A DNA stretch of 64,000 nt, from positions 115,135-179,134 of the forward strand of contig JAAWDG010000011.1 in the NCBI GenBank assembly GCA_022793655.1, read 5' to 3'. The notes below the pieces were generated by a model. It saw only the letters and a list, made by a program, of their open reading frames with translations. It was not told the DNA's origin and made no database searches. Position numbers and translations under genes: made by a program. Below, in pieces: positions 47,759 to 56,726 of this stretch. Numbering within the stretch: position 1 is the first letter of the stretch; each line of letters opens with the position of its first letter. The stretch is from Clostridiales bacterium. GTDB lineage: Bacteria; Bacillota; Clostridia; Oscillospirales; CAG-272.

Positions 47759-48892
47759 CTATAAGAGTTCTTTTACCGCTTGTAAGAGATAGTATACATC
47801 ATCATACGTGTTAAAAGCACCAAAAGAAATGCGTACGGCGCCATGTTCTGGCGTGCCAAGTGCCGCATGCGCAAGCGGCGCGCAGTGCAGTCCGCTGCGT
47901 ACACAGATACCGCGTTCGGCAAGGGCGGCAGCCGTTTCCTCTGATTTCATGCGGTCGATATTAAATAGAAGAATGGAGGAACGTCTAATTTGGCTTGCGT
48001 ACATAGTTAGTCCGTACATTTGTGAAAATTCATTGCGCGTGTATTCATATAGAGCTGATTCTCTTGTAAAAATTTTAGAGGGTCCTTCTTTTTTTACAAA
48101 TTTGAGGCCTTCGCCAAGCCCAACAATGTTAGGAACAGATAGGGTGCCCGCTTCAAATCTTTCAGGCATAAATGGCGGCATGAGCATTTCTCTGGAGTTG
48201 ACGCCGTTTCCGCCTTCAATAAGAGTGGTGCCTTTTTCGGCTCTTTTTGCTGCTTGGTTAGAAAACAGAACAAAGCCGCTGCCTTGCGGGCCATATAGAC
48301 TTTTATGACCGGGCGCGCACAGCGCATCAATATTCATTTTCTCAATATCAATATCATGTGTGCCGGCATATTGCGAGGCATCTACGATGAAAAAAATGCC
48401 GTGTTCCCGACACAGCTTTCCAATTTCAGCAAGAGGCAGAGAAGCGCCGCAGATATTGCTTCCGGCGCTGGCAATGACTGCTTTTGTATCTTGGCTTAAA
48501 TGCGAGGATATATCATGAAGCAGTTCTTCTGTTTCGGAAAAAGCGCTGAAAAGGCTGTAGCGTAACCCGGAGGCAAAAACAGGTCTCACTACTGCGTTGT
48601 GTTCGATATCAGATAGTAAGACATGCCCCTGCGGTACTAACGATTTAATGGCAATATTCAGAGCACTTGTCGCATTGGCTGTAAAAATGACATTCTCTGG
48701 CGACTTTGAACCGAACATCGCGGCGATTTGCTCGCGCACGCCGAAAACAGCTTCAGCGCTCTTTTGGGAAAGCGGATGAGCGCCGCGCCCCGGGTTCCCG
48801 CACCAGCCATCTATGCAATTTTTCATGACAAAGCTAACGCCGGGTGGTTTGGGAAAGGTAGTGGCTGCATTATCTAAATATACATACTGCAT
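47759..48892 (-). CDS. Class V aminotransferase-fold cysteine desulfurase family protein
   Basis: PLP lysine APGHKSLYGP and catalytic loop RSGLHCAPLAH. Confidence 0.8.
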   Translation of the reverse strand: MQYVYLDNAATTFPKPPGVSFVMKNCIDGWCGNPGRGAHPLSQKSAEAVFGVREQIAAMFGSKSPENVIFTANATSALNIAIKSLVPQGHVLLSDIEHNAVVRPVFASGLRYSLFSAFSETEELLHDISSHLSQDTKAVIASAGSNICGASLPLAEIGKLCREHGIFFIVDASQYAGTHDIDIEKMNIDALCAPGHKSLYGPQGSGFVLFSNQAAKRAEKGTTLIEGGNGVNSREMLMPPFMPERFEAGTLSVPNIVGLGEGLKFVKKEGPSKIFTRESALYEYTRNEFSQMYGLTMYASQIRRSSILLFNIDRMKSEETAAALAERGICVRSGLHCAPLAHAALGTPEHGAVRISFGAFNTYDDVYYLLQAVKELL

Positions 48893-49113
48893 TACTCTTC
48901 AACCAATCCTAAATAGTGAATTCCATAAATGTCAAATAGGTTTTCACAGTTTCTTGCTTGCGCACAGGAAATAACAAGGGCATAAGAACAGCCCTTTTGA
49001 CTGTTTTTAGGGTCCTTTTTCACAACTTCCGAATCGATGGCGTTTTGGGCAAGGACCTGCTTGCCTTTTAATGCAAGCGTCAGGGATCGAAATCCCGCGT
49101 AACACCGTCTCAT
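48892..49113 (-). CDS. DUF3343-like small protein (putative S/Se carrier)
   Basis: 73 aa with an alpha/beta pattern and conserved Cys. Its TAA shares one base with the ATG of the desulfurase gene (TAATG). Confidence 0.55.
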   Translation of the reverse strand: MRRCYAGFRSLTLALKGKQVLAQNAIDSEVVKKDPKNSQKGCSYALVISCAQARNCENLFDIYGIHYLGLVEE

Positions 49114-49121
49114 AAATATTT

Positions 49122-49157
49122 AAACCTCCCTTATCATGTTATGCAAAAGGGAGGTTT
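49122..49157 (-). promoter_or_regulatory. Hairpin sequestering the DUF3343 Shine-Dalgarno
   Basis: 11-bp stem aaacctccctt/aagggaggttt. The GGGAGG arm lies 11 nt upstream of the ATG at 49113. No U-tract follows. Confidence 0.35.
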
Positions 49158-49172
49158 TAGATAGCGGAATAT

Positions 49173-50510
49173 TTATTGATAGAAAGCAGGCAGGAAAGAT
49201 TTGTTGACAGCGTCCTTGACTAATTTTAACAGTGTATCATACGTAAAGGGCCCTGTATGCTGAATTTGGGAGCCATGCTGGGCGGCCAAATCATTGTTAT
49301 AATCTTCTAATTTGTATATTTGCAGCCCATCACGATCCATTGAATAATGGCACATCGTTGGAATGAGCGCTGGGTTTTCAATATGCACTTCATCGCCTTG
49401 TTTGATAATATCGAAAGAGGCAAGACCGCCGACCATGCAGTAATACTCATACATGGTTGAAATCATATTGCCTAAGGAGTAATAACAAAGGGTTTTGTGA
49501 GTTCCATCCCCGCTGGTTATCCATTCGACCGGTTGTAGTGTATGTGAATGGGTACCGATAATCACATCGACACCGTTGTCACATAACAGCTGTGCAATCG
49601 TCTTTTGTGCATTCGTTATCGGAATGGCCGAATCCTCGCCCCAGTGCATAGAGGCAATAACAACATCCCCCACTTGCTTGGCGAGCGCTGTTTGTCTTAC
49701 GATATCGGCTTCATCAATATAGGGGACGATCAGTCCGCTTGACGAATCAATGCTGATGCCATTGGTACCATATGTGTATGAAAGCCAGGCAACGGTAATG
49801 CCATTGACGGTTTGTGTGCGAATGGTATCATAGTCGCTTTGTGTGTAAGCGCCTAACAGGGTGATGTTTTTTGTTTGCCAATAAGCGATACTGTCTTTTA
49901 ATCCGTTTGTACCCTTATCCAACATATGATTGGTGGCAATGTTCACCGTGTTGAAACCAAGTGAGACTAAGGCGTCTCCACATGCCTGCGGTGTGTTAAA
50001 GGCGGGATAGCCTGAATAACCGTAACTGGCGCCGGCCATAGGCGTTTCTTGATTCACATAGGCGATGTCTTTGTCTTTAATCAAATCAGCTATGCCGTCA
50101 TACATATCAATAAAATTAAAGCCGTTGCCCTGGGCCCGTTTTTCGGCATCCTCAAAAACCGCTGAATGGACTAAATTGTCGCCCGCTGCAATGAAAGAAA
50201 TTTTGCCATCTTGCTTGGTGGCGGGCGTAGTTGGTTTTGTTGAGTCGGGTATGGCGAGCGAATTTGTTGGGCTCGGCTCACTGCCAGAGCCAAAAACATC
50301 GTCTGGATTTTTATAACCCAGAACGCCAGTAAGTTTTAGACAAGCCAAAACGACTAGTGCTACAAGGGTGATGATCAATACAGTGAGCGAGACACTAACG
50401 ATAAGACGACGTCTTTTCGCTTTTTGCTGTTGCGCTTTGCGTTTGGCCATCATGGCTTCATATTCGGCGCGGGTTATTTGTCGTTTTGATGAGTTTGGTT
50501 GATGATTCAT
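49173..50510 (-). CDS. CapA-family (PGA_cap) metallophosphatase-like membrane-anchored protein
   Basis: N-terminal K/R-rich tail plus TM, then ISFIAAGDNLVH...ATNHMLDKG...HWGEDS...IIGTHSH. Confidence 0.8.
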   Translation of the reverse strand: MNHQPNSSKRQITRAEYEAMMAKRKAQQQKAKRRRLIVSVSLTVLIITLVALVVLACLKLTGVLGYKNPDDVFGSGSEPSPTNSLAIPDSTKPTTPATKQDGKISFIAAGDNLVHSAVFEDAEKRAQGNGFNFIDMYDGIADLIKDKDIAYVNQETPMAGASYGYSGYPAFNTPQACGDALVSLGFNTVNIATNHMLDKGTNGLKDSIAYWQTKNITLLGAYTQSDYDTIRTQTVNGITVAWLSYTYGTNGISIDSSSGLIVPYIDEADIVRQTALAKQVGDVVIASMHWGEDSAIPITNAQKTIAQLLCDNGVDVIIGTHSHTLQPVEWITSGDGTHKTLCYYSLGNMISTMYEYYCMVGGLASFDIIKQGDEVHIENPALIPTMCHYSMDRDGLQIYKLEDYNNDLAAQHGSQIQHTGPFTYDTLLKLVKDAVNKSFLPAFYQ

Positions 50511-50518
50511 AATATACC

Positions 50519-50734
50519 TTATAGTTTGAGTTCATTTGCATCTGGAATAAAAAGTTGTGCCGGCGGGGTGGGTATTCGCTTTAATAGATCATAAGAAAAG
50601 TGCCGGCACCGATATTCTTTATTCACAACACCCTTATGTTTGCATAAAACGTTTTCGCGGTCGGCGATACAGACTGCATGTTCGCAAAAGGCGCAGAACT
50701 GCGGCCGTTCGATAGCTTGCTCTTTTGACATCAT
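50519..50734 (-). CDS. Small Cys-rich protein, unknown function
   Basis: CAFCEHAVC...LCKHKG...YRCRHF. An internal ATG follows aaggaaaaa; the track start at 50758 is also possible. Confidence 0.4.
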   Translation of the reverse strand: MMSKEQAIERPQFCAFCEHAVCIADRENVLCKHKGVVNKEYRCRHFSYDLLKRIPTPPAQLFIPDANELKL

Positions 50735-50924
50735 TTTTTCCTTGTTTTTTCTTTTCATACTTCCTATAAATTGTAATAAATTTTCACAATTTAATTTTTA
50801 TATGTCATTCATTGTTTTGATAAGCGATGTTCCAGCAGAGCTGGGACGATCCAATATTTCGATACAAATCATTTGAATCGATACAATTGCTTTTTATTAT
50901 AAACGATAAAAATGAATATTTCTA

Positions 50925-51869
50925 CTATTTTATAAAAATTAAAAATACTGGAATGCAGATTAGGGCACAGAGTATGCCCTGCAAAGCTTTTCCACCCATA
51001 TATTTGATTAAAGAGAAATTAGCCGGCAGCATAAAAGAAGCTGATTGGGCATGCACGCAAAAACCCGACCAACCAATCGCAAAGGCGGCCAGTGTAAATC
51101 CGCTGATTCCACTCAGCTCAGCGGCCAGAGAAACGCCGGCTGTTACTTCTAATAAACAGCTGATTAGCGTGAGTAAAGAAGAAAGTCCTGCTGCCAGCAG
51201 AATATCGGTTAAAATGCTCATGAGAACCGAGAAAAAAACGACAAATCCACAAACGAGCAGAACGGCGCTTACTGCTTCTTTCACGGCGGCGGAAAAATCG
51301 AGACGATAGCAGACAACACAGCGGTTTATGGGTCTATTTCGCTCTTTTCCAATTGATAAAAAAAGTCCAGTTAAAAGAGCGGCTGCTATTTCAATTAGAT
51401 AAAGAGCGATCCCAATGGCCGGCCTGCCAAAAAATCCTGCGCCAATGGCGCCAATCACAAAAGCAGGACCAGTATTATTGCAAAACGCGCAGAGTCTTTG
51501 AGCTTCTTCCTTTTCACAATAGCCGTCTTTATAAAGAGAAACAGCGGTTTTAGCGCCAACTGGAAATCCAGCAATAAACCCAATGATTACCGCAGCGCAG
51601 CAGCTGCCGTTCATGGCAAAGAGCTTTGAAAAAGGCTTTGATAAAAGACGGCCCACGAAAGAGGCAAGTCCTGATGAGACGAAAAGGGTGGAAATGACCA
51701 TATAAGGAAAGAGAGAGGGAATCACATTATGGACGCACAGAACTAACGCGTCATATACAGCGACCGCTGCTGCATTGGGCTTTTGCAGTACGAAAACAGA
51801 GAAAAATAAGATTGCGCACCAGGTAAATCCGATGGTGACTCTTTTTGCATATGAATTAATTTGAACCAC
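50925..51869 (-). CDS. ylbJ: Sporulation integral membrane protein YlbJ-like (nucleoside-recognition domains)
   Basis: VYDALVLCVHNVIPSLFPYMVIS signature. Polytopic. GTG start. Confidence 0.7.
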   Translation of the reverse strand: MVQINSYAKRVTIGFTWCAILFFSVFVLQKPNAAAVAVYDALVLCVHNVIPSLFPYMVISTLFVSSGLASFVGRLLSKPFSKLFAMNGSCCAAVIIGFIAGFPVGAKTAVSLYKDGYCEKEEAQRLCAFCNNTGPAFVIGAIGAGFFGRPAIGIALYLIEIAAALLTGLFLSIGKERNRPINRCVVCYRLDFSAAVKEAVSAVLLVCGFVVFFSVLMSILTDILLAAGLSSLLTLISCLLEVTAGVSLAAELSGISGFTLAAFAIGWSGFCVHAQSASFMLPANFSLIKYMGGKALQGILCALICIPVFLIFIK

Positions 51870-51920
51870 TCCGCATAATAGTTTTAATACATTATACTGT
51901 GTGAAGAGCGGGGGTATTCT

Positions 51921-52181
51921 GTGAAAAAAGAAAAGGTGAAGGCGGCCGTTGCAGACGCTTTAGGGGCAGCGGGTCTTTGTTCTGAGTTGACAATCAGTGG
52001 CCGAAGAGAGATTATGGCTCATGGCTGTCTGGCTATTTTATGCTATTCAGAAAGCGAGGTGAAGCTCCGGCTAAGCGACATGATTTTGACAGTTTGCGGT
52101 ACAGGCCTTACCATGAAAAGTTATTTTGGCGGTGCGGTGCGCGTGTCTGGCCGTCTTACGGGGCTGCATTTTGAAAGTTAA
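51921..52181 (+). CDS. yqfC: Sporulation protein YqfC (YabP family)
   Basis: ELTISGRREIMAHGCLAILCYSESEVKLRL...LTVCGTGLTM pattern. Precedes yqfD. Confidence 0.75.
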   Translation: MKKEKVKAAVADALGAAGLCSELTISGRREIMAHGCLAILCYSESEVKLRLSDMILTVCGTGLTMKSYFGGAVRVSGRLTGLHFES

Positions 52182-53391
52182 TTTATTAGAGAGAGCCGCC
52201 AATTATTTATACGGCTATTGTCTTATGCGTGTAGATGGTTATGCCGAGCGAGCGCTTACCGCTATGATGCGTTCAGAAATCAACTATTGGGGGCTTACAC
52301 GAAGAGAAGAGACTATCTTTTTCTATATTCCCTGTAGAGAGAAGAGACGGCTGCGCGCGGCATTAGCCGATTGTCGATGCCGCGTTGAGCAAATGCGAAT
52401 TTGCGGGGCAATGAATACGGTAAAGCGCTATAAAGGCCGTCCTGGACTGATTGTGGGCGCTCTTATCTTTGCTTCCGTATTGTGGGCGTCTACTTATTTT
52501 GTCTGGGATATTTCAGTAACGGGCAATAAAGATCTGACCGAATGGCAGATTATTGATTCATTTGCGCCATATGGCGTGAAATATGGGGCGTTTATTCCGT
52601 CTCTTGATTTGGATCGCCTTTGCCATGAATATTTAATTGATTCAGAAGAGATAGGCTGGGTTTCAGTGAATCTTTCGGGAACATGTGCTAATATCGTGGT
52701 ACGGGAAAGAACTGATAAAGGCGAGGTGTGGCAGGATAGCAAGCCTTCCAATCTGATTGCTACGGAAGATGGGCAAATCACGGGTTTTTGTGTTTGGAGC
52801 GGTGAGAGTAAGGTAAGTATTGGTCAGGTTGTAACAAAAGGCGAAGTGTTAGTCAGCGGGGTGAGTGATCGGGTTGAAATGGATGGTACGGTGAGCGGTT
52901 ATACAACCGATCGTTCGTATGGCAGCGTGTTTGCAGAGGTATATAGAGAATATACGGTTGAAGTGCCTTTGCATGGACAAAGCCAGGTGTATACAGGGCA
53001 TGAAGAGACAGAAAAGCATTATCGTTTTTTTACACAAGATCTGAATTTTTTTGGAAAAACCAAAAACAGTTTTGATACATGTGATCAGATTGTTGATTAT
53101 GAACAGGTCATGCTGTTTGATTTTTTAAAGTTGCCTATTTTTGTGACGACTTCGGTTTATAAAGAGTATGAATTAGTTGATTATGCTCTTGAAGAAGAGC
53201 AAGCGAAGCAGATGGCTGAAGCCAAGATGATGAAACTGTTGGCAGATGAATTAAAGGATTGTGAGCTGGTGAGTAAAATAAACGAAGGTGAACTTGTGGA
53301 TGATGTCTATATCCTCACTTGCAAAGTATATTGTATTGCTGATATTGCCAAAGAGATGGAAATAGATTACAGTGTGGAACAAGCAGAATGA
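52171..53391 (+). CDS. yqfD: Sporulation protein YqfD
   Basis: Central TM then WDISVTGNKDLTEWQI...VNLSGTCANIVVRER. Start is uncertain: TTG at 52171 overlaps the yqfC end, and the track start at 52126 is less likely. Confidence 0.7.
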   Translation: MKVNLLERAANYLYGYCLMRVDGYAERALTAMMRSEINYWGLTRREETIFFYIPCREKRRLRAALADCRCRVEQMRICGAMNTVKRYKGRPGLIVGALIFASVLWASTYFVWDISVTGNKDLTEWQIIDSFAPYGVKYGAFIPSLDLDRLCHEYLIDSEEIGWVSVNLSGTCANIVVRERTDKGEVWQDSKPSNLIATEDGQITGFCVWSGESKVSIGQVVTKGEVLVSGVSDRVEMDGTVSGYTTDRSYGSVFAEVYREYTVEVPLHGQSQVYTGHEETEKHYRFFTQDLNFFGKTKNSFDTCDQIVDYEQVMLFDFLKLPIFVTTSVYKEYELVDYALEEEQAKQMAEAKMMKLLADELKDCELVSKINEGELVDDVYILTCKVYCIADIAKEMEIDYSVEQAE

Positions 53392-53420
53392 ATTTTAAAA
53401 CGCTATTTGTAACTGTTTTC

Positions 53421-53449
53421 TTGTATTTTATGTTTTAGTATGCTATAAT
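53421..53449 (+). promoter_or_regulatory. Promoter of the MATE leader
   Basis: TTGTAT, 17 nt, TGC-TATAAT (extended -10). Confidence 0.55.
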
Positions 53450-53493
53450 CAAAATCAAATAAGAGTTATACTCGCCGCCGGGTGAGGCTTTGT

Positions 53494-53551
53494 GCGTTGA
53501 ATTTTGTATCGTTAGGCCATAGAAGATACGAAATTCAGCGCTTTTGTTTTT
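53494..53551 (+). terminator. Leader terminator/attenuator upstream of the MATE gene
   Basis: 17-bp stem gcgttgaattttgtatc/gatacgaaattcagcgc (2 G-U pairs), 14-nt loop, then ttttgttttt. Ends about 90 nt before the start codon. Confidence 0.65.
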
Positions 53552-53642
53552 ATATGGTTTATGATAGCAGTTTATCATAAAAACTTATTTCTCGGGAAAT
53601 GAATTTGAAAATCTTTTGAGTAAGAATAGAAAGGAAAGAAAA

Positions 53643-54977
53643 ATGGAACGGAAAACGATACGGCGCCTTTTTTTGAAATATATATCTCTCAATATTATGG
53701 GACAACTTGCGTATTCCTGCTATACATTAGCAGACACATTCTTTATTGCGTCTGATTTGGGGGCCGATGGTTTAGCGGCACTGAATCTTGCTTTTCCCAT
53801 TTTTTGTTTTATAAATGGAACGGGTTTGATGATCGGTATGGGCGGCGCAACAAAATATGCGATTTTAAAAAGCAAAGGAGAATATTCCAAATCAAATCGC
53901 TTTTTTACACAGGCACTTTTTCTTGTATTTCTATTTTCAGCTCTTTTTGTTATAATTGGCATTTTTGGGGCAGGGGTATTGGTGGAGTTATTGGGGGCGG
54001 ACCTGACGATTTTTCAAATGACGAAAACGTATGTACAGGTTTTATTATTATTTTCGCCTGCTTTTTTAATGAATAGTTTGTTGCAGTGCTTTATACGAAA
54101 TGATGGCGCGCCATCTCTTGCTATGGCGGCCATGATTGGCGGCAGTTTGTCAAATATTATATTAGATTATCTATTCATTTTTCCGATGCATATGGGCATA
54201 TTAGGTGCGATATTGGCGACGGGGTTAGCGCCGGTAATTAGTATTTTGATCTTACTGCCATATTTTTTTAGAGCTAAAAATCATTTTCATTTGGCTAAAT
54301 GTCTGCCTGATAAAAAGGAAATCTTGGCAGTTACGGCTAATGGTTTTCCTTCGTTTTTGGTTGAGGCTTCTTCAGGGATTGTCATGATTATATTTAACTT
54401 TATTATATTGCGGCTTGCTGGCAATACAGGTGTTGCGGCTTATGGCGTTGTGGCGGCCATTTCATTGGTCGTCGTGGCCATATATACCGGTTTATCACAG
54501 GGCTTGCAGCCGCTATTCAGCCGATTTTATGGTTTGTCTGATATCATGGTTGTGCAAGCTCTATGGCGTTATGCATTGGCTGCGATGCTTGTGTTATCTT
54601 GTGTGATTGAATTAATTGTTTTTTATGGTGCTTCTTTTATTGCAGCTGCGTTTAATCATGAACAAAATATCTTGCTGCAGCAAATGGCTGAGGATGGGTT
54701 AAAACTTTATTTTACCGCTTGTCCGTTTGTTGGTTTTAATATGGTGCTGTCGACCTATTTTACCTCGGTTGAACGCCCCATGCTTGCGCATTTTATTTCC
54801 TGGATGAGAGGATTTTTGCTGATTATCCCCACAACATTTATGTTGGCTGCTATTATGAATGTAAATGGCGTTTATATTGCATATCCTGTAACCGAGTTTA
54901 TCGTAGCCAGTATAGGAACGCTTTTTTATTGTATAAATCGCAGACAAAATCATAACTCTTTTCGATTAGATGATTAA
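53643..54977 (+). CDS. MATE-family efflux transporter
   Basis: 12-TM protein. LNIMGQLAYSCYTLADTFFI N-terminal MatE signature. ATG at 53643 follows aaaggaaag. Confidence 0.85.
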   Translation: MERKTIRRLFLKYISLNIMGQLAYSCYTLADTFFIASDLGADGLAALNLAFPIFCFINGTGLMIGMGGATKYAILKSKGEYSKSNRFFTQALFLVFLFSALFVIIGIFGAGVLVELLGADLTIFQMTKTYVQVLLLFSPAFLMNSLLQCFIRNDGAPSLAMAAMIGGSLSNIILDYLFIFPMHMGILGAILATGLAPVISILILLPYFFRAKNHFHLAKCLPDKKEILAVTANGFPSFLVEASSGIVMIIFNFIILRLAGNTGVAAYGVVAAISLVVVAIYTGLSQGLQPLFSRFYGLSDIMVVQALWRYALAAMLVLSCVIELIVFYGASFIAAAFNHEQNILLQQMAEDGLKLYFTACPFVGFNMVLSTYFTSVERPMLAHFISWMRGFLLIIPTTFMLAAIMNVNGVYIAYPVTEFIVASIGTLFYCINRRQNHNSFRLDD

Positions 54978-55049
54978 ATTTTTTAGATATACTTATGAGA
55001 GAGTACGCGACGGGCGAAAATAAGAATAAAAAAGAATGCGTTTTGAATC

Positions 55050-55078
55050 TTGAAAATAAAAAGTGTTTTGATTATAAT
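55050..55078 (+). promoter_or_regulatory. phoH promoter
   Basis: TTGAAA, 17 nt, TATAAT. Confidence 0.6.
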
Positions 55079-55115
55079 AGGTTTATGTAAATGAAAAGGA
55101 GCGGAGGTATCGTAC

Positions 55116-56129
55116 ATGCAACTGGAATGTATACAAATGAGCACAATTGAGCAGCAGCAAGCGGTTTTTGGCACGTTTGATCATTTTGCCAGAATCATCG
55201 AAAAGGCTTTTGCTGTGTCCATTATACTGCGCGAATCGGTTGTTGAAGTGAGAGGCGAACAGGCGGATGATGTATCGAAAGCAGCTTCTGTGATACGTTC
55301 GCTGCAAAAAATAAATGAGCAGGGCGAGAGTGATACTGTGAATGAAGACACCGTATATCGTTTAATTGATCATGCGTCTGACGGTGAAATTGATGAAACG
55401 ATGAAGGCCATGGAAAATATGGTGACAATGACGCATCGTGGGCTTGCTATAAAATGCAAGACTTTGGGTCAAAAAAATTATAGTCAAGCCATGCAAAAAA
55501 ATGCGGTGACCGTTTGCATTGGCCCTGCCGGAACCGGAAAAACATATTTGGCGGTTGCCCAGGCGGCCGAGGAGTTAAAAAGGGGAGAAATTGAGCGCAT
55601 CATTATGAGTCGGCCTGCTATTGAAGCAGGGGAAGAGCGGCTTGGTTTTTTGCCTGGTGATTTATCGCAAAAGGTAGATCCGTATTTAAGGCCGCTATAT
55701 GATGCGCTGTATGATATCTATGGTGCGGAGAAGGCAGAAAAACTGCGCGAGCGCGGGGTGATTGAAATTGCGCCGTTAGCGTATATGCGTGGTCGAACAT
55801 TAAATCGGGCCAGAGTCATTATTGATGAAAGCCAAAATGCCTCCATCTCTACCCTTAAAATGGCGCTGACACGATTGGGAGAGGGGTCAAAGATGGTGCT
55901 CACTGGTGACGTGACGCAAATCGATTTGCCGCATAAGGCCGATTCGGGCCTTGAAAAGTGCGCAGCTATCATTGGTTCGGTCGAAGGTGTTTCGGTGATT
56001 CGTCTTAACAATCGCGATGTGGTCCGCAATAAAATTGTCAAAGATATTGTCAAAGCATTTGAAAAAGCAGAAGCGGGTAAGAAAGAAAACGGAAATCAGA
56101 GTTTTCGAGATGTGAAACGAAAAAGATAA
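55116..56129 (+). CDS. phoH: PhoH-family ATPase
   Basis: GPAGTGKTYLAV, RPAIEAGEERLGFLPGD, IIDESQN. RBS aaaggagcggagg. Confidence 0.88.
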   Translation: MQLECIQMSTIEQQQAVFGTFDHFARIIEKAFAVSIILRESVVEVRGEQADDVSKAASVIRSLQKINEQGESDTVNEDTVYRLIDHASDGEIDETMKAMENMVTMTHRGLAIKCKTLGQKNYSQAMQKNAVTVCIGPAGTGKTYLAVAQAAEELKRGEIERIIMSRPAIEAGEERLGFLPGDLSQKVDPYLRPLYDALYDIYGAEKAEKLRERGVIEIAPLAYMRGRTLNRARVIIDESQNASISTLKMALTRLGEGSKMVLTGDVTQIDLPHKADSGLEKCAAIIGSVEGVSVIRLNNRDVVRNKIVKDIVKAFEKAEAGKKENGNQSFRDVKRKR

Positions 56130-56183
56130 AGTCACAGCATCTACGCATGCTGATCGCGTATCGTCAAGGAAAGGAAACATTTG

Positions 56184-56726
56184 ATGGGCAACGGAATCAT
56201 TGTGTGTGGCTTGAACGGCTGCGGCAAAAGTACAGTGGGAAAAGCACTGGCCGAGGCGATAGGATTCTATTTTATTGATCATGAAGAGTTATGTTTTGGC
56301 GGAATGAGTGAAGATTATATAGCTGGGCACTCTCGCCGTGAAATGATAGATAAATTTAAAGAGATTATAATAGAACATCCGAATTTTATATTGGCTGCCG
56401 TTAATGGCATGGGCGAAGAAGAACTTTGGCCTTGTTTTCAATATGCTGTCTGGATCAGAGCGCCTAAGAGCATTCGAGAACAGCGGGTGCGTGATCGTTC
56501 TTTTCAGCGTTTTGGGAATCGTATGCGCCCAGGCGGCGATTTGTATGTACAAGAAGAAAAGTTTTTTCAAATGGTAAGCGATCGGACCGAACGCGATGTA
56601 GACGAGTGGCTGCAGGGACTTACGTGTCCGATCATACAGATTGATGGCACAAAACCAGTGCGCGAGAACATAACATTGATTATGGATCAGCGTCCGCAAG
56701 GTATGGAGGCTTTTTTTGAAACTTGA
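56184..56726 (+). CDS. Small P-loop NTPase/kinase (AAA_18/shikimate-kinase-like fold)
   Basis: IIVCGLNGCGKSTVGKALA Walker A. About 180 aa. Confidence 0.6.
   Translation: MGNGIIVCGLNGCGKSTVGKALAEAIGFYFIDHEELCFGGMSEDYIAGHSRREMIDKFKEIIIEHPNFILAAVNGMGEEELWPCFQYAVWIRAPKSIREQRVRDRSFQRFGNRMRPGGDLYVQEEKFFQMVSDRTERDVDEWLQGLTCPIIQIDGTKPVRENITLIMDQRPQGMEAFFET

Noticed and set aside
53461-53551. Assigning the MATE leader to the guanidine-IV (mepA) riboswitch
   Set aside because: I could not find convincingly complementary loop sequences for the kissing interaction by eye. It is left as a hypothesis to test with a covariance model and is not annotated as such.
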